NCBI GenBank assembly: GCA_018824145.1
Contig: JAHJHC010000041.1
Span: 1-55,211 of the forward strand
DNA from: Candidatus Omnitrophota bacterium
GTDB lineage: Bacteria; Omnitrophota; Gorgyraeia; Gorgyraeales; Gorgyraeaceae
Reading direction: 5' to 3'
Length of the DNA stretch: 55,211 nt
The position numbers and the translations under genes were made by a program. The notes under the pieces were generated by a model. It searched no databases, was not told where the DNA came from, and worked only from the letters and a program-made list of their open reading frames with translations. This document shows, one piece after another, positions 41,718 through 51,263 of this stretch (position 1 is the stretch's first letter; each line of letters opens with the position of its first letter).

Positions 41718-44591
41718 ATGAAAAAAATTAATTTTAAATCTGGGAAGTCCTATCGAGGGATACCAGTTTTTGATACTTCAATAAAGGATGGAAAATTTTT
41801 TGCTGGAGAAAAATTAAAGAAGTCGACTGGAAATAATTATTTCTCAGTGGATAAGATTTCTTTTAGTGATAATTTGGTAGGTATTGGCCTTAATAAGACA
41901 GGCGATCTTCTTCTCTATAAAAAGGTGCCTTCCGGATTCCTAAGAGAAGTTAAGAAAGGGGAGAGGGTATGGAAATTTAATGAAACAGGAGAGTGTGTGA
42001 TTAAGAAAGCGCATTGTCTGCCGCTACCTTTTTCAACTATGATGGCTACCACCCCTCAGTATTTTTCAGTCTCAGATCAATTCTTACGTGGATTTTCCGG
42101 GATTGACTATACGAAGATGTTTGGTGAATTTGATGGCCCAAATTTTCCCAAAGACCAAGGAAGGGTGGTTTGGATAAGGTTGGAAAACGGAGTTCTATGG
42201 CCTATTAATTATGCGCCAGCAAGAACGATTAGCCCAACAGAGTTTACAGTTACCTTTGGATTAGGTTCTGTATGTTTAGAAAATCGAACGGACTCTGTAG
42301 GACTGAAGGGAAAGATAACAGTATTTGTTCCATTGAATGATACTGTTGAGTTGTGGTTGATAGAACTGACTAATATAGGAAAGCATACAAAGAAGGTCGA
42401 TATAATACCAACTGTACCAATCTTTGGGGGAAGTCGTAGTTATACGGAGTATCATAGAGATGTGGTGAGATTATATAATAAATCTATACACGATAATAAA
42501 ACCTCGACAATTATTATATATCCTGGTTTAGAGTGGATAGAAGGTTGTACAGATCATAGTAGCATCTCTTATTTCATGCATGCCTCGTCTTCTAAAGGGA
42601 AAGGAGGAAATTATTTTTATTCTGATAGAGAAACCTTCCTTGGGCCGCATTACAGATGGGATTGTCCTCTTTCTTTGGCAGCAAAGATAAGGCCGAAATT
42701 TAATGTTTTTGGAAAAGAGGCCGTAGGAGCAATAGAGTTTTCAAATGTTAGGCTTAAACCAGGTCAGACCCTTTCCTGCGGAGTTATCAACGGCATAGCT
42801 CTTCAAAAAGAGAAAGTAAAGGAGTATGTAAAGAAATATAATTACAGTGGGATTTTAGTAGCTAAGGAGAAACTAAATAATTTTTGGCAAAAAAAATCAA
42901 AGAAGAAAACCATAAAGACCGATGATAAAAACTTTGATATTTCTTGGAATAAATGGTGGTTATATCAATTATCCATGCGTTTTTGGTTCGGAAATACCGG
43001 CCATCCCCAATTTGATTATGGCATGGATTTCAGTGGATGGCGTGAAATATGGCAGGATATGATGGGTATGATTTTACTAGATCCAATTGAAGTTGAAAAG
43101 TATCTACTTTATACCCTGTCGGGAATTCGTCTTGATGGGACAAATGCTACGAGGTTTTTTTCCAGAACGAAGAAATTCGGTTCTGATGAAGTAAATGGGT
43201 TATGGTCTGACCATCCTTATTGGACTACGCAGACGGTACTTCTTTATATAGAGCAGTTAGGAGATGTAAAATCTTTGCTTAGAGATGGAATAAAGTATTT
43301 CCGTGATATTTATCTCCATCGAGGAGATGAAAAGGATAAAGATTGGCAGGTCGGAACTATAGGAAACGCAAGGACTAAAGGAGGAAGTGAGGCTACAGGA
43401 TCTATACTTGAGCATTTGTTAGTCCAGCTTTTATCCATGTATTTTGATGTAGGGAGAAACAATCTTCTTAATATTAAACGAGCTGATTGGAACGATAGTG
43501 TTGACCAGACAAGAGGAGAAAGTGTTACTTTCTCTATGGGATTAGTTCAAGATTTAACGGAGTTGGCTGATTATTTAGAGAAGATGCAGAGACTAAAGGG
43601 TGTTAATAAAGTTAAAATCTTTAAAGAGCTTACAATTTTAATTGGTAGTAATAAAATTTCTAAGAAGAAAAAGATTGAAAGGCTTGACAGTTATCTTGAA
43701 ATTGTAGATAAAGATATATCCGGAAAGAAGGTGGAGATTAAACTTTCCGAACTGATGGCAGATTTGAGGAAGAAAGCAGCTATTGTGAAAAAACAGATAA
43801 ACGACATTGCTTGGAATGGTAAATATTACATAGGCTACTTTGATGGAAAAGGCAAACCGATTGATACTGTATTTAGCAATAAAAAAGAAGATTTTATGAT
43901 ATATTTGATGCCACAGGCCTTTTCTATTATATCAGGCGTAGCTGAAAGTAAGAAAATAGATATTGTAATAGATTCTGTTAATAAATATTTGTATGATAGA
44001 AAAGTTGGCGGATATAAATTGAATTATCCACCTTATACACAGTTTGATAAAAGAATAGGGAGGATTACAGGTTTTGCTCCAGGGACTAAGGAAAATAATG
44101 CAGTTTTTAACCACGCTAACTTATTCTGGATGTATGCTATGTTAAGATTAAAAAGGGCAGATGATGCCTTTAAGGTATGGGATGGAATTAATCCTTTAAA
44201 TCATGAGCAGACTGAAGCAATGCTTCCTCCGTGGCTCCCCGAATATTATGTCTCGTCAGATAATGTAAACTTCAGTGGACGGGCTGAATATCCCATGCTG
44301 ACAGGTTCTGCTGTTTGGACAAGGTTATTGTTTGAGCGTTATGTGATGGGTATAAGAGGAGAAAGTGGAGGTTTAAGGATAGATCCGTGTCTTCCATCGC
44401 AATCTAAGTGGAAACACTGCTCAATGACCGTAGATTTTAGAGGAGCTAGATATGAAATTTCTATTAAGAATCCAGGTCATAAGAAGGGAGCGATTGTAAA
44501 AAGGATGGTTGTTGATGGAAAAGAGATACAAGGAGGAGTCATTTCTCCCTTTAAAAGTGGAACTCATACTGTCCATGTTACATTAGGATAG
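41718..44591 (+). CDS. Large GH94-like glycoside phosphorylase/(alpha/alpha)6 glycoside hydrolase
   Basis: KRADWNDSVDQ (ADWND at 43482-43496) and NAVFNHANLFWMYAML resemble the GH94-type catalytic barrel. The N-terminal ~400 aa is beta-rich. GGAGGA RBS. Confidence 0.6.
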   Translation: MKKINFKSGKSYRGIPVFDTSIKDGKFFAGEKLKKSTGNNYFSVDKISFSDNLVGIGLNKTGDLLLYKKVPSGFLREVKKGERVWKFNETGECVIKKAHCLPLPFSTMMATTPQYFSVSDQFLRGFSGIDYTKMFGEFDGPNFPKDQGRVVWIRLENGVLWPINYAPARTISPTEFTVTFGLGSVCLENRTDSVGLKGKITVFVPLNDTVELWLIELTNIGKHTKKVDIIPTVPIFGGSRSYTEYHRDVVRLYNKSIHDNKTSTIIIYPGLEWIEGCTDHSSISYFMHASSSKGKGGNYFYSDRETFLGPHYRWDCPLSLAAKIRPKFNVFGKEAVGAIEFSNVRLKPGQTLSCGVINGIALQKEKVKEYVKKYNYSGILVAKEKLNNFWQKKSKKKTIKTDDKNFDISWNKWWLYQLSMRFWFGNTGHPQFDYGMDFSGWREIWQDMMGMILLDPIEVEKYLLYTLSGIRLDGTNATRFFSRTKKFGSDEVNGLWSDHPYWTTQTVLLYIEQLGDVKSLLRDGIKYFRDIYLHRGDEKDKDWQVGTIGNARTKGGSEATGSILEHLLVQLLSMYFDVGRNNLLNIKRADWNDSVDQTRGESVTFSMGLVQDLTELADYLEKMQRLKGVNKVKIFKELTILIGSNKISKKKKIERLDSYLEIVDKDISGKKVEIKLSELMADLRKKAAIVKKQINDIAWNGKYYIGYFDGKGKPIDTVFSNKKEDFMIYLMPQAFSIISGVAESKKIDIVIDSVNKYLYDRKVGGYKLNYPPYTQFDKRIGRITGFAPGTKENNAVFNHANLFWMYAMLRLKRADDAFKVWDGINPLNHEQTEAMLPPWLPEYYVSSDNVNFSGRAEYPMLTGSAVWTRLLFERYVMGIRGESGGLRIDPCLPSQSKWKHCSMTVDFRGARYEISIKNPGHKKGAIVKRMVVDGKEIQGGVISPFKSGTHTVHVTLG

Positions 44592-44595
44592 GTGT

Positions 44596-45888
44596 ATGGA
44601 GTTATCCAGGAAAGTTTTTGCTAATTATGTTGCTTGGTTTAAAACCCCTTGTTCTTTAGGCGGTAGAGGCCAGTGGCTTCACTGGGATAATAATAGGGAA
44701 CGCTCGTGTAAACACAATCCAGATAAAATTGATCCTACTACCGGATTACGTGATATTGCCTCAGTACATTATCCTCTCATAGGGCCATATGATTCAGTTG
44801 ATCCAAATGTGATTGAATACCACATTATGCTTGCACAAGCTGCTGGAATAGATGGGTTCATAGTAGAGTGGTTTGGAAAAGATGATGCTAGAGATGTGGA
44901 TAAAGCTACTTTGGTATTAAGAGATAAGATAAAAGAGATAAATTCAAATTATGGGACAGATTTCAGGCTGTTGTTAGCCTGGGAGGATAGCTACGCGGGA
45001 GGCAATAAAGAGGAGGCTATTTCTACATTAGAATATGCGTGGAAGAATTATATGAGTGATCAGAGTGTCTATGTGTGGGATGAGAAAAAAAAGGCCCCTA
45101 TTTTATTGGTGTTCCCTTATTTTACGGGCCCAAGAAGGAGTTTTAGACCAGGTGAGCTTTTATCTATAATTGATAGATTGAAAATTTGTCCAGTTTTCTC
45201 TTACCATTTTCCTCAGGTGAATGAAGAAGGAGGGTTTCTTAATGTACGTGGGGTTGAGAGTATTTATGCATGGGTGATTGCCCATTCGTGGGATGGAACG
45301 GAGTGGGGTAAATCAAATCTGGATTTATTTTATGATTTTTTGAAAGGTAATAAAAAAAATATGGAGTTTGCTATAGCAGGTTGTTATCCTGGGTTTGATG
45401 ATGTAGGGGTTGGGGCCTGTTGGATTTGTAATCCTAAAAATAAAAAAGCACACCGTTTCATTAAACGAGATTCCAGGAAATGTAATACATATGATCTTAC
45501 TTGGAAACGTTTTTGGCAATATATAGAATCTTTTGAGTCGGATAAAGATGTGCCTGTACCCTGGATGCAAATTGTAACTTGGAACGACTGGAATGAAGGG
45601 ACTGAGATAGAACCGAGTATTGATCGTATAGGTAGAGAAGGTGTTGATTATGGTTTTGGTTATGGGTATGAGTATTTGAAGAAAACTAAAGAACATGTTC
45701 GTGCTTTTAAGGGAATAAGTGAGACTCCAGATGAAGCTTTATATATTCCTCACTTAATTTATAATGCTCGTATAAAGGCTAAGAAAAATAGGCCTCTGCA
45801 GGATGCAGAGCAGAAATTAACTAATGCTGTAACTTCTTTCTTTTCAGGTAGATACAAAGATGCGTTATCTATCATTCAGACTGTATAG
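44596..45888 (+). CDS. GH99-like (endo-alpha-mannosidase-fold) glycoside hydrolase, no obvious signal peptide
   Basis: VFANYVAWF...WLHWD...DIASVHYPLIGPYDSVDPNVIEYHIMLAQAAGIDGFIVEWFG and IVTWNDWNEGTEIEP parallel the GH99 motifs (FYP.lG.YsS.D..Vi..H......GI.....SW and tSFNEWhEGTqIE). Confidence 0.6.
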   Translation: MELSRKVFANYVAWFKTPCSLGGRGQWLHWDNNRERSCKHNPDKIDPTTGLRDIASVHYPLIGPYDSVDPNVIEYHIMLAQAAGIDGFIVEWFGKDDARDVDKATLVLRDKIKEINSNYGTDFRLLLAWEDSYAGGNKEEAISTLEYAWKNYMSDQSVYVWDEKKKAPILLVFPYFTGPRRSFRPGELLSIIDRLKICPVFSYHFPQVNEEGGFLNVRGVESIYAWVIAHSWDGTEWGKSNLDLFYDFLKGNKKNMEFAIAGCYPGFDDVGVGACWICNPKNKKAHRFIKRDSRKCNTYDLTWKRFWQYIESFESDKDVPVPWMQIVTWNDWNEGTEIEPSIDRIGREGVDYGFGYGYEYLKKTKEHVRAFKGISETPDEALYIPHLIYNARIKAKKNRPLQDAEQKLTNAVTSFFSGRYKDALSIIQTV

Positions 45889-45906
45889 CATGCGTGTCTT
45901 CATAAC

Positions 45907-48513
45907 ATGTATATGATAAAAAGAATAAATCTATTGCTTTTTATATGTCTAATATATGCCAGTTTCCCTGACGGAATATGTGCCTCGGAAAGAGAAAATG
46001 GAAAATATGTGTTTGCACATTATATGGCATGGTACGGAAACAAAGAAACTTCAGGACAATGGTTTAACTGGGCCATCGCCTTAAATTCAATTCCAGAAGA
46101 TAAACATCACTATCCTGATTATGTCGATTGGAGAGGTAGAAAGGATATCGCCTCTTCTCTGTACCCATTAATTGGACCCTATGACTCTACAGATGAAGAT
46201 GTATTAGAATATCATATATTACTTGCGAAGGCAGCAGGTATAGACGGTTTTATGGTAAATTGGTATGGATTTAGTAAAGATCAAGATGTCATCAACCAGA
46301 ATGATATATCTTTTAAAAAACTACTTCGTCTTTCTGAAAAGTTAGATTTTAAGATATGTGTATGTTTCGATGACAAGAGCATGTTTCCTCCTTATAATAA
46401 GCTTAAGACCAGAAAAGAGGTTATAAAAAATACAGAGCTTACCATTAAAAGATTTAATAAAAAATATTCTTCTTATAGATCATACTTTAGAATAAAAGAC
46501 AGGGTGGTGTTTAGTAATTTTAGCCATAGTGAACCTTCTGATTCAGTCGATTCTCCTGGATTTTCCGCCGATGAGTATGCGCTGTTGCTTCAGCCGTACA
46601 ATTATTTTCTTATGCACGATTTCCACTGGTATTTATCCGAAGATTATTTTGGCGTATCAGACGCAATGTTTCCGTGGCTTGAACAAAATTTTCATCAATT
46701 GGAGGATTTTTATAAGAGGTCTAGTGTTGAGCTTGAGAAGGCACGTATTCGATTTATCTCTGGTCTGGTTTCGCCTGGTTTTGATAATACAGGATGTTGG
46801 GGGTGGGGTACTGGCCCTCATATAACATATCGAAATGGATTATCACATTATTCTCTTTATTGGGAACATGTAATTAGACACGACCCTGGGTTTATCCAGA
46901 TAGTTACGTGGAACGACTTTCCTGAAGGGTCGGTGTTGGAACCAACAAAAGAATTTAAAAATACCTATCTTTTTGAGACACTTAAACAAATAGCACGATA
47001 TAAAGATTTCAATCCAGATTACTCAGGCCTCACTATTCCAGCTAGAATATACAATCTTCGTAAACTTGCAAATGGCGCAAAGAAAAATAGGCTCCCTTTC
47101 TGTAGGAACTATACAAAGAAGTTAAAGCGTTCATCGAAGGCATTTTTGGATAAGGATTATACACTAGCTAAGATTTCTCTGGATAGTTTATATACTGAAC
47201 TTGAAAGTATATATTCACGATTATTTTCAGCTGAGATAAATGAACTAATGCGGGGTTTAAAAGATAAAAAGAAGCTTGAGAAAAACAGAATTATCCTATC
47301 AGTATTATATAGCTCAGTTATAGAAGAGTTGATAGATTTCTCGGATGAGAAACTCGAGGAGATTTTATCCGAGAGGACAATCGCCGCATTTATTTTAGAT
47401 ATATTAGAAGAGAAGGATATAGCGTTTTCAGAAGTCGAGCGTATAGTAAAATATCTTTTACGGTATGGTGATAGTGAGATTCTAAAGGATGTAATCTCTT
47501 ATTTATGTTTCAATGATTCTTCATCGGATGAGTTTATGGGAAAGATTGATATGATTTTTGCGGAACGAAAGAGAGACATTAGACCCGCATATTTTAAAGA
47601 CTATCTAGAGAATTGCGACTTGCAATCAGCAGTTCAGTTGATAAGCCGTTTGTCACAAGCAGCAAATAATACTTTCAAAACTGAGCCGTCTTACTCGGAA
47701 GAGTTAAGGGAATTAAAAGTTTTACTTGAATTAAAGACTGTGCAATTGTTAGAGGAGATGAATGCTCTTAAAATGGATACTGTGGATACAGTCGATATGG
47801 TCTGTTCCGTTATTTCGCCTACTAGTCCGAAGTTTTGCAACATAATAGCAAGGGCTTATTATGAAAAAAAAGATATGGAAAAGTTTTTCCAAGTGATGAA
47901 AGAAAATGGAATGGCGATCACGATAAGGGAAGCATTCAGTGAACCGGTTATAGATGGAATAATTGAGCCAGAAGAGTGGAAAGAGGCAGTTTCTATTGAT
48001 GAGTTTTACAGGTGTAGTGATGGAGAAAAAGTTAATCTTAAAATGAAGGCATGGATAGCAAGAGATGCAAGGTATATATATGTGGCAAGTGAATGTTATG
48101 AGCCGTTTATTAAGGAATTGAAGGCAAGCCACGTAATAAGAGATGATAAGAATTTATGGAAAGATGACTGTTTGGAGTTATTCTTTGATACAGGATATAG
48201 TTTAAAATCTTTTAAACAGATCCTCGTGAATACAAAGGGAAACGTGCTTGATCTTATATTGAAAGATGGCATACCTGTATATGATTGGGATGGGGACTAT
48301 AACATTGGAACGTCTGTAACAAAGGAAAAGTGGAGCGTAGAGATAGCTATACCTCTTTCTCTTTTAAAAAATACGCGTATATCGAAAGGTGAGATATGGG
48401 GATTTAATCTTTCCATATCGAGGCATGCAAAAGAAAATGAGCAGTGCCAGTGGGTATCTACTTATGGCCATACACATAAACCATGGCTGTTTGGAGTGAT
48501 AAGGTTTGAGTGA
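45907..48513 (+). CDS. Secreted GH99-like glycoside hydrolase with helical linker and C-terminal CBM9/DOMON-like carbohydrate-binding domain
   Basis: Signal peptide. YVFAHYMAWYG...DIASSLYPLIGPYDSTDEDVLEYHILLAKAAGIDGFMVNWYG and IVTWNDFPEGSVLEP are paralogous to the preceding gene. The C-terminus (EWKEAVSIDEFY...AWIARDARYIYVASECYE...LWKDDCLELFFD...KWSVEIAIPLSLL...GEIWGFNLS) resembles CBM9. Confidence 0.6.
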   Translation: MYMIKRINLLLFICLIYASFPDGICASERENGKYVFAHYMAWYGNKETSGQWFNWAIALNSIPEDKHHYPDYVDWRGRKDIASSLYPLIGPYDSTDEDVLEYHILLAKAAGIDGFMVNWYGFSKDQDVINQNDISFKKLLRLSEKLDFKICVCFDDKSMFPPYNKLKTRKEVIKNTELTIKRFNKKYSSYRSYFRIKDRVVFSNFSHSEPSDSVDSPGFSADEYALLLQPYNYFLMHDFHWYLSEDYFGVSDAMFPWLEQNFHQLEDFYKRSSVELEKARIRFISGLVSPGFDNTGCWGWGTGPHITYRNGLSHYSLYWEHVIRHDPGFIQIVTWNDFPEGSVLEPTKEFKNTYLFETLKQIARYKDFNPDYSGLTIPARIYNLRKLANGAKKNRLPFCRNYTKKLKRSSKAFLDKDYTLAKISLDSLYTELESIYSRLFSAEINELMRGLKDKKKLEKNRIILSVLYSSVIEELIDFSDEKLEEILSERTIAAFILDILEEKDIAFSEVERIVKYLLRYGDSEILKDVISYLCFNDSSSDEFMGKIDMIFAERKRDIRPAYFKDYLENCDLQSAVQLISRLSQAANNTFKTEPSYSEELRELKVLLELKTVQLLEEMNALKMDTVDTVDMVCSVISPTSPKFCNIIARAYYEKKDMEKFFQVMKENGMAITIREAFSEPVIDGIIEPEEWKEAVSIDEFYRCSDGEKVNLKMKAWIARDARYIYVASECYEPFIKELKASHVIRDDKNLWKDDCLELFFDTGYSLKSFKQILVNTKGNVLDLILKDGIPVYDWDGDYNIGTSVTKEKWSVEIAIPLSLLKNTRISKGEIWGFNLSISRHAKENEQCQWVSTYGHTHKPWLFGVIRFE

Positions 48514-48519
48514 TGTAAA

Positions 48520-50340
48520 TTGTTGAGAATAGTCCTTTTTACATGGTTTATCTTGTGTTGTATAGCAGGTGGCATTGCCTTTTCTATGGAGGAACTTAGT
48601 CCATCTGAGATTGAGATGGATTCTCAATCTCGCGCAAATAAAGAAGCTGAATTTATTAAATATCGAAATTTAGGACAATATGATAAAGCGATTGCTATTC
48701 TTGAAGAATTGATCCATTCTTTTCCTTTGGTAGTAGGATATTATATTGATATGGGAGATACTTATCTACAGGGATTAGATAGACCGAAAGAAGCTATTAA
48801 ATATTTCTGGAAAGTTGTTGAATTAAATCCGGATTTGAGTTACATCTATGCGTATATTGCTTTATGTTATGAGCGACTTGGAGAGCTTGAAGAAGCAAAA
48901 AAGTTTTATCAGAAGTCACTTGAATTTTCCACAAATTTATACTGGTTTTCTTTTGCAAAGAGTCACTTATTAGCTATCAAACTTGCTCAAGAAAGTTTTT
49001 TTGTAACAGATTGGTATGTCATAGGCCCTTTCTCTTACGAGTTAGAACGAGGGTTAGATACGGTATATCCTCCAGAGAAGGATGTCAAGTTAGATTCTGT
49101 ATATGAAGGGGATATTGGTTTAGTTACTTGGAGCAAGATCATACCATCAGAAAATTTAGGATATGTAAATCTGAATTCTATGTTTTCACCTAATGATAAT
49201 ACGATTGCCTATGCCCTTACTTATGCATATTCCGCGGAAGATCGAACTATAGAGGTTCGCATTGGGAGTGATGATGGGGTCATGGCTTGGGTAAATGGTA
49301 AGATGGTGTTAAAAAGAGAGGTGTTCCGTACAGCCTCACTTGATCAAAATATTGTCAGGACGAGATTTTCTAAAGGATGGAACATGATTTTGCTTAAGAT
49401 TGCCGAGACAAGTGGAAGTTGGGGTTTCTATTTTAGAATTACAGATATGCAGGGATTCCCTATAGAGGATATCGTGTTTGATACAGAACGTGACGAAGTT
49501 AGAGCAAAAAATGTTATTAAAGATATACATGCCAGGAGAATGTTAGAGCTTGCAGGAATCGGGTTGATTGTTGTTATAGCAGGTGTTTTTATCTCGTGGG
49601 TTTTTGTATATCTTGGCATCCGAATATATCAAAAAATAGAAACCCGTCGTATGCAGCAGAGATTTATGTTGAATGTTTCTCATGAATTAAAAACACCTTT
49701 GACTGCTATGCAGATATCAGTAGAAACCCTGCAGCAGTCACGGATAAAAGATCCTGAAAAAAATAGGCGTTATTTAAATCATATTTCGGGTCAAGTCAGC
49801 ATATTAACACAATTCATAGAAAACATTCTCAGTTTTTCTAAAATTAAGCGCGGTGTGAGAGAATATGATTTAAAAAAACAAGATATTGTAGAAATTGTTA
49901 AAGAAAGTATAGCTTTTTTTTCTACGGCATACATAGAAAAAACTCCAAACATAAAATCGACTTTTGGAACCAGTCCTGTATATGTCAATATCGATAAAGA
50001 TGCGATTATACACGTAGTTCTTAATCTCCTTAATAATGCTCATCATTATTCAGATAAGAATCAACCTATAGACGTCATTGTGCGTTGTGAACCCAAGACT
50101 CGATACGCAGTTATTGAAGTTGTTGATAGAGGTATCGGTATACCTAGAAAAGAGATAAAGAGAATATACGGGGAGTTCTATCGTGGAAAACGAGGGTCAG
50201 GATATTGGTCTAAGGGCAGTGGACTGGGATTAGCATTAACGCGATATCTTGTTAAAGCGCACAAAGGATACATTGAAGTCCAAAGTACCATTAATAAGGG
50301 TAGCCGGTTTATCGTACGATTACCTTTATATGAACAATAA
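48520..50340 (+). CDS. Sensor histidine kinase with periplasmic TPR plus jelly-roll-like sensor region
   Basis: Signal/TM at the N-terminus (TTG start). TPR-like repeats (YDKAIAILEELI..., PKEAIKYFWKVVELNPD, LEEAKKFYQKSLEF). Beta-rich domain WYVIGPF...VRIGSDDGVMAWVNGKMVL...GWNMILLKIA. One TM. HisKA H-box FMLNVSHELKTPLTAM (His at 49681-49683). HATPase N, G1 and G2 boxes (LLNNAHHYS, DRGIGIP, GSGLGLAL). Confidence 0.9.
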   Translation: MLRIVLFTWFILCCIAGGIAFSMEELSPSEIEMDSQSRANKEAEFIKYRNLGQYDKAIAILEELIHSFPLVVGYYIDMGDTYLQGLDRPKEAIKYFWKVVELNPDLSYIYAYIALCYERLGELEEAKKFYQKSLEFSTNLYWFSFAKSHLLAIKLAQESFFVTDWYVIGPFSYELERGLDTVYPPEKDVKLDSVYEGDIGLVTWSKIIPSENLGYVNLNSMFSPNDNTIAYALTYAYSAEDRTIEVRIGSDDGVMAWVNGKMVLKREVFRTASLDQNIVRTRFSKGWNMILLKIAETSGSWGFYFRITDMQGFPIEDIVFDTERDEVRAKNVIKDIHARRMLELAGIGLIVVIAGVFISWVFVYLGIRIYQKIETRRMQQRFMLNVSHELKTPLTAMQISVETLQQSRIKDPEKNRRYLNHISGQVSILTQFIENILSFSKIKRGVREYDLKKQDIVEIVKESIAFFSTAYIEKTPNIKSTFGTSPVYVNIDKDAIIHVVLNLLNNAHHYSDKNQPIDVIVRCEPKTRYAVIEVVDRGIGIPRKEIKRIYGEFYRGKRGSGYWSKGSGLGLALTRYLVKAHKGYIEVQSTINKGSRFIVRLPLYEQ

Positions 50341-50363
50341 ATAACATATCAAGGGGAAAGCCG

Positions 50364-51050
50364 ATGGGAAAAATTTTAGTGATTGAAGATGATCCTGTAA
50401 TTCTTGAAGGTATAGTAGATAACCTGGAACAGGAAGGATATTCTGTTATTACAGCAATGGATGGCAAAACAGGTCTAAATATGGCATTAGACTCATCACT
50501 TGATTGTATTATTCTTGATGTCATGTTACCCAAGATGAATGGCCTTGAAATTTGCAGAGAATTGAGAGAACGCAATGTTAAAAGGCCCATACTTATGTTA
50601 ACTGTAAGATCTGATGAGGTTGATAAGGTGCTTGGATTAGAAATTGGAGCTGATGATTATTTAACAAAACCTTTTAGTATTCACGAACTCATAGCGCGTA
50701 TTCACGCGTTACTTAGAAGAGTAAAACGACAGCAAACTGTGCGTTCTCTGGATACATATTCATTTGGAGACGTCCATATCGATTTTAGGAAATATAGAGT
50801 CAAAAGAGGCTCACGGATATATCGTTTAAAAGCGAGAGAATGTGAGGTTTTGAAGTATATAATTGAACGAAAAGAAGAGGTTGTAAATCGCAGTGATATT
50901 CTGAGAGATGTTTGGAATTATAAATTTGCGCTTTCAAGCCGTAGTATCGATAATTATATTGTTCGTCTGCGAAAAATGATTGAGAAAGACCCTGCTAGAC
51001 CAATACATATCTTAAATGTTAGAGGGGTCGGCTATAAGTTTATAGATTAG
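50364..51050 (+). CDS. OmpR/PhoB-family response regulator
   Basis: Receiver domain (ILVIEDDPV, phospho-acceptor Asp in ILDVMLP at 50517-50519, LTKPF) plus a winged-helix output ending in RGVGYKF. Confidence 0.92.
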   Translation: MGKILVIEDDPVILEGIVDNLEQEGYSVITAMDGKTGLNMALDSSLDCIILDVMLPKMNGLEICRELRERNVKRPILMLTVRSDEVDKVLGLEIGADDYLTKPFSIHELIARIHALLRRVKRQQTVRSLDTYSFGDVHIDFRKYRVKRGSRIYRLKARECEVLKYIIERKEEVVNRSDILRDVWNYKFALSSRSIDNYIVRLRKMIEKDPARPIHILNVRGVGYKFID

Positions 51051-51263
51051 TTTAGTCTGCCAATATAGAGCCTTCCATTTACCTCCTTATCTTCATATTA
51101 AAGATTACATAAGTTTTACACTTCTGTGACAAACAGTGACGAATTATCTGATACACTTTAGAGTGAGAGGTTAAAAAAGCCGTTCTTTTTGTGAAGATAT
51201 AAAAAGAACAGATAATCGATGTGTTTTTTTAAGATCTTGGCAGAGAAAATATGGAGGTGTTTT

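Noticed and set aside
30679-48627. Short embedded or overlapping ORFs lie in the glycan locus. Examples are 30679-30978(-), 32231-32500(+), 33278-33514(-), 34268-34642(-), 37174-37614(-), 45325-45696(-), 46529-46825(+) and 47749-48132(-).
   Set aside because: Each overlaps a well-supported + strand gene in another frame or on the opposite strand. None has a recognisable motif or an RBS.
51125-51139. GTGAC-AAACA-GTGAC direct repeat, considered as a possible response-regulator binding site.
   Set aside because: It consists of only two 5-mers, so chance occurrence is likely. There are no supporting copies elsewhere in the window.
51182-51209. Perfect 9-bp inverted repeat GTTCTTTTT-N10-AAAAAGAAC between the response-regulator gene and the propeller gene, considered as an intrinsic terminator.
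   Set aside because: The stem is almost entirely A/T with a 10-nt loop and no downstream U-tract beyond the stem itself. Its predicted stability is too low for a confident terminator call.
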